In this document: positions 57,457-64,000 of the stretch, in pieces | Numbering within the stretch: the first letter of the stretch is position 1 | How the letters are laid out: each line of letters opens with the position of its first letter | Source: an uncultured delta proteobacterium | GTDB lineage: Bacteria; Desulfobacterota; Desulfobacteria; Desulfobacterales; JAHEIW01 | Direction: 5' to 3' | DNA: 64,000 nt | NCBI GenBank assembly: GCA_963706575.1 | Contig: CAVPNL010000006.1 | Coordinates: 64,001-128,000 of the forward strand | Notes under the pieces: model-generated | What the model saw: the letters and a program-made list of their open reading frames with translations, nothing else | What the model was told of the DNA's origin: nothing | The model's database searches: none | Position numbers and translations under genes: made by a program

Positions 57457-59382
57457 ATGAAAACAAAAGGCATCCAACACGGGCTTGTTTTTGTAATAAA
57501 AACGGCCCTAATTTTTTGCGCGGCCGGGTTGACGATTGCCGGTTGTGCCTCAGCCCCGCAAATCTATCCTCCGGAGCAGGTGCCATCTTACATACGCGAA
57601 TTAAAAACGATCAGACTTTATGCCTATGTCGAAAAAAAAGATACCAAAATAGAATTAGCTGCGGGCGAGTATGTTTCCGTAATGGTTAAGGGTGAGATAC
57701 GCCTCTGGAGAGGAGGGCCTTTAAAGGATGCATCGTCATGGATCATTGCAAAATATATCAACGGTGGCAGACACAGGCTCTTCTACAACGCTACCGGCGG
57801 CACCTTTGAATCTCTGATCTCGGGCCGTTTATCTCTGGGAATCATCGATAGCTACCACCAAGATAACAGCGGTCATTTCGATATCCTTATTGTTGTCTGG
57901 AAAACAAAAGATTACGTCAAAATCAGCGGTTTTCTGGAAGAATTGCAAAAAAGAGATCCTGATAATCGGGGTATTGCCGATGCCTTGTCACAGGCCAGGG
58001 ACATCAGGGATTACGATATCGCCAAGGCAAAAGCATCGGAAGAAATTTCTGCCACAAAGCAGGAAATCAAAAAATTAGAGGATTCCAAACAGAATCTGTC
58101 CACCGCTGCCGGCTCAGAAAATGAGACCCAGTCGCAAAAGCTGGAAAACCGTCTGGCCGAGCTAACGGCCAAGCTCAGACAATTGGATGAAATGACACTC
58201 CAGCTTCAGCAAGAACGCGAGAAATCAGCCCAGTTGAGCCAGGAGCTGGAAGAACAAGGCCAGCGCGAAAAAGAATTAATGAGCAAGATTGGAGAAGGGG
58301 CCAAGGTGCCCCCGTTTGTGATTGTGACTTCTCCCGACGATGGCCTCAAGCTGGAGGTTGATTCGGTGCGAATTGCCGGAGCGGTGGAAGACGACCGCGG
58401 GCTTTTACAGCTCGAGATCCTGGTCAATGGCCGGTCTATAACGGCAGATGATGCTCGCGGTATCAAACCGGTTACCCGAGATGCCCCCCGCCGCTTAAAT
58501 TTCGATCGAACGGTACCGCTTACCCGGGGCGTAAACCGCATCCAGGTCAAGGTGACCGACACTGACGGGCTTGTGACCCAGAGAACCGTCAGCGTGCATT
58601 ACACGCCCAGCCGGCGCAACGTCTGGGCCGTCGTTGTCGGTATCAACGACTACCCCCTGCTTCCAAAGCTCAAATACGCGGTCAACGATGCCAAAGCGTT
58701 CCAACGCCTTTTGGTGGAAAAGAACCTTGTTCCTGCCGAAAACATAACTGTTTTGCTCAACGAACAGGCCACATTGCGGAAGCTGAGAAGTGCCCTGGGA
58801 ACCGGCCTGAAGGGGGCCGCCGACTCAGACGATATGGTCATTATTTTCTATGCCGGTCACGGGGCCACGGAGCGGGATGCGATGAGCATGGATGGCGACG
58901 GGCTTGAAAAATACATTCTGACTTACGATACCGACCCGTCGGATCTGTTTTCGACGGCCCTGCCCATGAGAGATCTGGCGCTGATTTTTCACCGCATTCG
59001 CTCCGAGCGACTGATTTTCATCGCGGACGCATGTTACAGCGGGGCCAGCGGCGGCCGCACCGTGAGTGTGACCGGTTTGCGGGCCAATATTGCCGATACT
59101 TTTTTAGATCGGATTGCGGCCGGCCGGGGAAAAGTGATCATTACGGCCAGCGCTGCCAACGAGGTCAGTGTGGAGCGGGACGAACTTCAACACGGGGTGT
59201 TCACCTATTACCTGTTGGAGGGATTGAAGGGACCCGCGGACACGGACGGTGACGGGCTGGTTACGGTGGATGAGGCCTACCGCTATGTTTCCGCCAGGGT
59301 TCCTCAGGCCACTCACCAGGAACAGCACCCGGTCAAGAAAGGAACCGTCGAAGGCAGTCTGATTTTGAGCATCATCCGGTAA
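57457..59382 (+). CDS. Caspase-like (peptidase C14) lipoprotein with coiled-coil and Ig-like domains
   Basis: Lipobox IAGC; AVVVGINDY, YAGHG, DACYSG, HGVFT. Confidence 0.9.
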   Translation: MKTKGIQHGLVFVIKTALIFCAAGLTIAGCASAPQIYPPEQVPSYIRELKTIRLYAYVEKKDTKIELAAGEYVSVMVKGEIRLWRGGPLKDASSWIIAKYINGGRHRLFYNATGGTFESLISGRLSLGIIDSYHQDNSGHFDILIVVWKTKDYVKISGFLEELQKRDPDNRGIADALSQARDIRDYDIAKAKASEEISATKQEIKKLEDSKQNLSTAAGSENETQSQKLENRLAELTAKLRQLDEMTLQLQQEREKSAQLSQELEEQGQREKELMSKIGEGAKVPPFVIVTSPDDGLKLEVDSVRIAGAVEDDRGLLQLEILVNGRSITADDARGIKPVTRDAPRRLNFDRTVPLTRGVNRIQVKVTDTDGLVTQRTVSVHYTPSRRNVWAVVVGINDYPLLPKLKYAVNDAKAFQRLLVEKNLVPAENITVLLNEQATLRKLRSALGTGLKGAADSDDMVIIFYAGHGATERDAMSMDGDGLEKYILTYDTDPSDLFSTALPMRDLALIFHRIRSERLIFIADACYSGASGGRTVSVTGLRANIADTFLDRIAAGRGKVIITASAANEVSVERDELQHGVFTYYLLEGLKGPADTDGDGLVTVDEAYRYVSARVPQATHQEQHPVKKGTVEGSLILSIIR

Positions 59383-59398
59383 CCGCTTGACAGCTTTT

Positions 59399-60307
59399 TT
59401 AATAACCAAACTTTCTTAACGCCCGGGTATCCTTGCGCCAGTTTTTCTGGACCCGCACAAAAAGCTTCAAATAAACTTTGGTGTCGAGCATGTGCTCAAT
59501 TTTTTTGCGCGATTCGGTGCCGATACGTTTGAGCTTGCTGCCTTCTTTGCCGATGATGATGCCTTTCTGGGAATCCCGCTCAATGTGAATGGTGGCCTCA
59601 ATTTTAACCAACTCGCCGTTTTTTTCTTCTTTAAATGAATCCACCGTTACGGCCGTAGCGTACGGTATCTCTTCACCGGTGAGCCGGAATACCGTTTCAC
59701 GAATCATTTCAGCGGCAATAAAACGTTCGGGTAAATCGGTGAGCGCATCTTCCGGAAAATACGGTGGACCGGTGGGCAAAAAATTTTCCATGGCCTCGAT
59801 CAATGCGTCGGTCTGGGTGCCTTCGCTGGCCGATATCGGAACGATGATATCAAAGCCGTATCCGGTCGACCACTTTTTGATCAGCCTCAGCAAATCTGTT
59901 TTTTCGATCAGATCGATTTTGTTGAGCGCCAGAATAACCGGGCGTTCCCGATTCTGAAGCCGTTTTACCAGGAAATATTCAGAAGTTGGATCCGGATTGG
60001 CCGCGTCCAGCACGAAAAGAATCATATCCGCATCCCCGATAGCAGAAAGGGCTGTATCCACGATCCGTAGATTGAGGGTGTCTTTGGCCTTAAATATTCC
60101 CGGCGTATCAATGAAAACGATCTGGACATCGGGCCGGTGCACAACACCCAGAATGCGATTGCGGGTGGTCTGGGGCTTTTTGGAGGTGATGGAAATTTTT
60201 TCACCCAGCATGCGGTTGAGCAGCGTTGATTTGCCCGCATTGGGTGCGCCCACAATGGCCACATAGCCCGATTTGAAGTTTTCGTATTTGTCGGTGGTGT
60301 CTGCCAT
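59399..60307 (-). CDS. era: GTPase Era
   Basis: GAPNAGKST, PQTTR, DTPG, NKID, KH domain IIIGKEG. Confidence 0.97.
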   Translation of the reverse strand: MADTTDKYENFKSGYVAIVGAPNAGKSTLLNRMLGEKISITSKKPQTTRNRILGVVHRPDVQIVFIDTPGIFKAKDTLNLRIVDTALSAIGDADMILFVLDAANPDPTSEYFLVKRLQNRERPVILALNKIDLIEKTDLLRLIKKWSTGYGFDIIVPISASEGTQTDALIEAMENFLPTGPPYFPEDALTDLPERFIAAEMIRETVFRLTGEEIPYATAVTVDSFKEEKNGELVKIEATIHIERDSQKGIIIGKEGSKLKRIGTESRKKIEHMLDTKVYLKLFVRVQKNWRKDTRALRKFGY

Positions 60308-60402
60308 AAAATTTTAGACAGGATTTACCCGCCTTCGTTAAAACTCCGACAGGACAAGTCGGCGGGTCAAGCAGGATTATATAAATATGTTAGCATTTCG
60401 CA

Positions 60403-60468
60403 ATTTTAGGCAATTTAGCTCATTTTAGTCATTTTAGGCACTTCTAACTTTCGAGCACCTTTGGAACT
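60403..60468. repeat. Single arm of the CACTTTAG-type repeat family seen at 8565-8723
   Basis: ATTTTAGGCAATTTAGCTCATTTTAGTCATTTTAGGCACTT. Confidence 0.7.
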
Positions 60469-60584
60469 TTTTTCTCTGTCTTCGAAGATGAGCTGCTAAT
60501 TTTGAGATGCTTGTAGTATCCTTACCAGATAAGATAAGGATTTCACAAGCGGTTACAACGGCAAGAAGTCTTTGAACGGGAAAT

Positions 60585-61190
60585 TTAAGGCAAAGCCTTG
60601 TTATCTTTAATTTCGATTAAAGATGAGATCGCATTCCAGAGCGCATCTCTGCCGCGGCGGGTTTTGGCCGAGAATAGAATAAAATCATCTTGATCCTTTT
60701 CCAGGGCCTGGGCGATCAGATGATGCTGTTTGGTCTGTTTGTTTCTGGACAGTTTATCTGTTTTGGTTAGCACCGAAATGCCGGCGATGGAATGATGGCC
60801 GAGCCAGCCGAGCAGATTTAATTCCTCCTGGCGCGGAATGCGTCGGATATCCATGATGACCACAACCCCCCTTAAGTTTTCCCGTCCCGAAAGGTAGGTT
60901 TCAATCATCGGGCCCCATTTCTTGCGGACAGACACCGGTACTTTTGCATACCCATACCCGGGCAGATCAACGAAACTCACCTGCCGGTTAATATCAAAAA
61001 AATTAATGAGCTGGGTACGGCCGGGAGATGAGCTGGTTTTTACCAGGTGCTTGCGGTTGACAAGGGTATTGATCAGACTGGATTTGCCCACGTTTGATCT
61101 TCCGGCAAAAGCAATCTCCGGCAGGAGCGCCGGTGGATACTGGGCAGGCTTTGTGGCGCTGGTGACAAATTCGGCGGATTTAATGATCAT
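60585..61190 (-). CDS. yihA: Ribosome biogenesis GTPase YihA/YsxC (EngB)
   Basis: GRSNVGKSS, DLPGYG, TKTDK. Confidence 0.97.
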   Translation of the reverse strand: MIIKSAEFVTSATKPAQYPPALLPEIAFAGRSNVGKSSLINTLVNRKHLVKTSSSPGRTQLINFFDINRQVSFVDLPGYGYAKVPVSVRKKWGPMIETYLSGRENLRGVVVIMDIRRIPRQEELNLLGWLGHHSIAGISVLTKTDKLSRNKQTKQHHLIAQALEKDQDDFILFSAKTRRGRDALWNAISSLIEIKDNKALP

Positions 61191-61196
61191 GCTAGT

Positions 61197-61286
61197 GGGT
61201 ATTGGGTATCAGGTATTGGGTATTAGGTACTGGGCATTAGGTATTGGTTAATCAAGTGTTCGAGCGCCATGCGCCATGCCCTATGC
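61197..61286. repeat. Heptamer tandem repeats
   Basis: Seven RGGYAYY units (61197-61245), then GCGCCAT-GCGCCAT-GCCCTAT (from 61264). Confidence 0.85.
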
Positions 61287-61329
61287 AGAATTTGATATTG
61301 CAAAAGGTTCGATTACACGATTTTGTCCA

Positions 61330-62487
61330 TTAGGTACGTTCTGTAAGGTACGTTTCCAGCCGATCCATGCCTTCTTCAATATTTTCCAGGGAATTGGCGT
61401 AGGAAAACCGCAGATAGCCTTCGCCGTTTTGGCCAAAATCAATTCCGGGAGCGACGCCGACGTGGGCTTTTTCCAGAATGTCGAAGGCCAGTTTGTAGGA
61501 GTCTCCCGAGACATGCTTGGCGTTGGCAAAGACGTAAAAGGCGCCGGTGGGCTCCACGGTAATGCCGAATCCCAGTTCCTTTAGACGGCGGATCATAACC
61601 AGCCGGCGCTCGTTATAAATTTTTTGCATGCGGGCCACATCATCGCCGGCGTCTTTGAGGGCCGCAATGCCGGCCTGTTGAACCATGGCGTTGGCCGAAA
61701 TAAAAAAGTTTTGCTGCAGCTTTTGCATGGGGCGAATGTATGCTTTGGGTGCGATCACATAACCGAGACGAAGCCCTGTCATGGCAAACTGCTTGGAAAA
61801 ACCGTTGAGTACAAATGCGTGATCGGAAAACTCCAGAATCGAGTGCGCTTTGCCCTCATAGACCAGGCCGTGATAGATTTCATCGGAAACGATAAAAGGG
61901 CACTGCTCACATGTCGTTAGCTCGGCGATTTGCTGCATGCGGTCGGCCGACAGCAGGTTTCCGGTCGGATTGGAAGGCGAATTGATAAATACGGCCCGGG
62001 TTTGCGGCGTGATTTTTTCCCGGATGACTTCAGGCCGGTATTGGAAACCGTCTTCTTCATAGACCGGGATCGTTATCAGTTTGCCATCCACAAACCGGAT
62101 GAAATTTGGATAACAGGCATAATGCGGGTCCGAGATAATGACTTCATCCTGTTTTTCAAGCAGCGCCGCGAAAACCAGAAATATAGCCGGCGAGGAACCC
62201 GAGGTCACGACCACCTGGTCCGGATCAACCGATACCCGATAATGTTTTTGGTAATATTCACAGATCGCTTCCCGCAATTCGTACAGGCCCAGACTGTGGG
62301 TGTAATGGGTAAATCCGTCTTCAAGGGCCTTGCAGGCGGCTTCTTTGACGCAGGCGGGTGCATCAAAATCAGGCTCACCGACCTCCAGATGGATGATGCG
62401 GGCGCCTTCACGCTCCAGCTCCTGGGCCCTCTCCAGCACATCCATCACGATAAAGGATGTCATTTCTTCTGTGCGTTTTGAAGCCAT
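61330..62487 (-). CDS. Class I PLP-dependent (aspartate-type) aminotransferase
   Basis: GEPDF, NSPSNPTG, SDEIY, GFSKQFAMTGLRLG. Confidence 0.92.
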   Translation of the reverse strand: MASKRTEEMTSFIVMDVLERAQELEREGARIIHLEVGEPDFDAPACVKEAACKALEDGFTHYTHSLGLYELREAICEYYQKHYRVSVDPDQVVVTSGSSPAIFLVFAALLEKQDEVIISDPHYACYPNFIRFVDGKLITIPVYEEDGFQYRPEVIREKITPQTRAVFINSPSNPTGNLLSADRMQQIAELTTCEQCPFIVSDEIYHGLVYEGKAHSILEFSDHAFVLNGFSKQFAMTGLRLGYVIAPKAYIRPMQKLQQNFFISANAMVQQAGIAALKDAGDDVARMQKIYNERRLVMIRRLKELGFGITVEPTGAFYVFANAKHVSGDSYKLAFDILEKAHVGVAPGIDFGQNGEGYLRFSYANSLENIEEGMDRLETYLTERT

Positions 62488-62531
62488 GGGTTATCCTTAT
62501 TAAATAGTATGGAACCGCAGAATACTAAATG

Positions 62532-62610
62532 GCATAGGGCATAGCGCTAAAGACTGGGGCCTTCATGCTTTTTTGTTTAAACGCTTTGCTCTATGCGCCA
62601 TGCGCTATGC
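62532..62610. repeat. Inverted heptamer arms (GCATAGG / CTATGC)
   Basis: GCATAGGGCATAGCGC ... GCTCTATGCGCCATGCGCTATGC. Confidence 0.75.
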
Positions 62611-62665
62611 TATTTATATCGCCCGGAATCCAGCCTAACCCACCAGCGCCGTGCATGAATATAAA

Positions 62666-63541
62666 TTAAATGACCTTATTTAGCGGATACTCGATGATCC
62701 CTTCCGCTCCGTGCTTCAGAAGTTCGGGAATTAGATCGCGCACCTCCTCGGAACTGACCACAATCTCTACGGAAAACCATTTGGTGTTATAAAGCGATGC
62801 CACGGTGGGTGCATTCAGGCTCGGAAGCATGCCGATCACATCATCCATCTTTTCTTCGGGCACATTCATTTTGATGCCGACCATTTTTTCACCATGAAGG
62901 GCCCCTTTTAGCAAAAGTGCAATCTGCTCTATTTTTTGCCGCTTGGCTTCATTCTTCCAGGCTTCGTGGTTGGCAATCAGCTGGGTGTTGGTCTGCATGA
63001 GCTCATGGATCACCCGCAGGCCATGGGCTTTAATAGTGGCTTCGGTTTCGGTCACTTCCACCACCGCATCCGCCAGGCCGGAAACCGCCTTGGCTTCTGT
63101 TGCGCCCCAGGAAAATTCAACGCTGACATTTATTTTGCGATCTTTAAAATAGCGCCGGGTAAAATTCGTCATTTCAGTGGCGATTTTTTTCCCTTTGCAA
63201 TCTTCAATCTTTTTAATCTTTGAATCATACGGCACCGCCAGCACCCAGCGCGCCGGCCGGGAACTTACTTTAGAATAAATCAGATCGCTGACCATATGGA
63301 TGTCCGACTCATTTTCGGCGATCCAGTCCTTGCCGGTCAGTCCGGCATCCAGGGTGCCGTTTTCGACATAATTGGACATCTCCTGGGCGCGACAGATGTG
63401 GCACTCGATGGTATCATCATTGATTTCGGGGAAATAGCTTCTGCCATTAATGTTAATATCCCATCCTGAGCGATGGAACAGCGCAATCGTGGCATTTTGC
63501 AAGCTGCCTTTGGGAATTCCCAGTTTGAGTGGATTTTTCAT
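62666..63541 (-). CDS. hisG: ATP phosphoribosyltransferase, long form
   Basis: [21 protein letters not shown]-terminal regulatory domain. Confidence 0.96.
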   Translation of the reverse strand: MKNPLKLGIPKGSLQNATIALFHRSGWDININGRSYFPEINDDTIECHICRAQEMSNYVENGTLDAGLTGKDWIAENESDIHMVSDLIYSKVSSRPARWVLAVPYDSKIKKIEDCKGKKIATEMTNFTRRYFKDRKINVSVEFSWGATEAKAVSGLADAVVEVTETEATIKAHGLRVIHELMQTNTQLIANHEAWKNEAKRQKIEQIALLLKGALHGEKMVGIKMNVPEEKMDDVIGMLPSLNAPTVASLYNTKWFSVEIVVSSEEVRDLIPELLKHGAEGIIEYPLNKVI

Positions 63542-63915
63542 TTGCCGTATATCTCCTTGGGATCAAATACGGGCTCTCCGATTATCTTTACGGACCCGTC
63601 TTTTATTTTTTTGTGGAAGCAGCTGCGGTGCCCGGTATGACAGGTTGCACCGCCAAGCTGTTCAATTTTTAACAGCACCGTGTCATCGTCGCAATCGATG
63701 CGGATTTCTTTTACAATTTGCTGATGGCCGGAAGTCTGGCCTTTGACCCACAGCTCCTGGCGGGTGCGACTCCAATAGGTCGCTTTTCCGGTATTCAGCG
63801 TGGCCTCCCAGGCCTGCTGATTCATAAACCCCAGCATCAGAACCTCACCGGTCTTATAATCCTGCGCGATCGCCGGAATAAGGCCGTTCATTTTATCAAA
63901 GTTTGGTGTCATCAT
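63538..63915 (-). CDS. hisI: Phosphoribosyl-AMP cyclohydrolase
   Basis: [30 protein letters not shown]. Confidence 0.96.
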   Translation of the reverse strand: MMTPNFDKMNGLIPAIAQDYKTGEVLMLGFMNQQAWEATLNTGKATYWSRTRQELWVKGQTSGHQQIVKEIRIDCDDDTVLLKIEQLGGATCHTGHRSCFHKKIKDGSVKIIGEPVFDPKEIYGK

Positions 63916-64000
63916 TTTTATAAAATCACATGTTGAAATTGTTCTCTAAACGGGTTAAATTAAAAGTTTATGGTACGGAAAATTTTTAGGTAAAAATTTT

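Noticed and set aside
61197..61245. CRISPR array or coding repeat (LGIGY.. in ORF 60922-61251)
   Set aside because: Contiguous heptamers with no spacers; the ORF is an antisense shadow of yihA

Overview
Ordinary-looking bacterial chromosome, with gene content and promoter/repeat style suggesting an anaerobic Desulfobacterota (inference). It holds about 65 CDSs: amino-acid catabolism (Leu/Glu dehydrogenase tail, DUF362, two M20 amidohydrolases), pyrB, MATE, ogt, an arsR-arsM operon, a Tat-type rubrerythrin, a heavily frameshifted adenylate cyclase/AAA/TPR gene, a PAS-SpoIIE phosphatase, csp, khpA, a BaeSR-like system, a MoxR/DUF58/DUF4129 operon, IorAB-like and DmsA-like molybdoenzymes, msrAB, a caspase-like lipoprotein, and era, yihA, an aminotransferase, hisG and hisI. 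I found no rRNA, tRNA, CRISPR array, transposase or phage genes. The most interesting signals lie below the 60-aa cut-off of the ORF track or in intergenic DNA: (1) an island of micro-ORFs (2.6-4.1 kb) with sigma28 promoters, an RHH protein and a divergent sRNA candidate; (2) an ArsR regulator whose only apparent target is a 33-aa CGCGC/Lys-rich peptide; (3) an anti-SD sRNA candidate beside khpA and csp; (4) NrdR-like boxes with no ribonucleotide reductase; (5) a Trp-codon attenuator-like leader before the MoxR operon; (6) a recurring operator-regulator-operator layout; and (7) several families of empty 7- to 10-mer inverted-repeat elements and MITEs. All family calls come from motif recognition by eye; no database searches were run.
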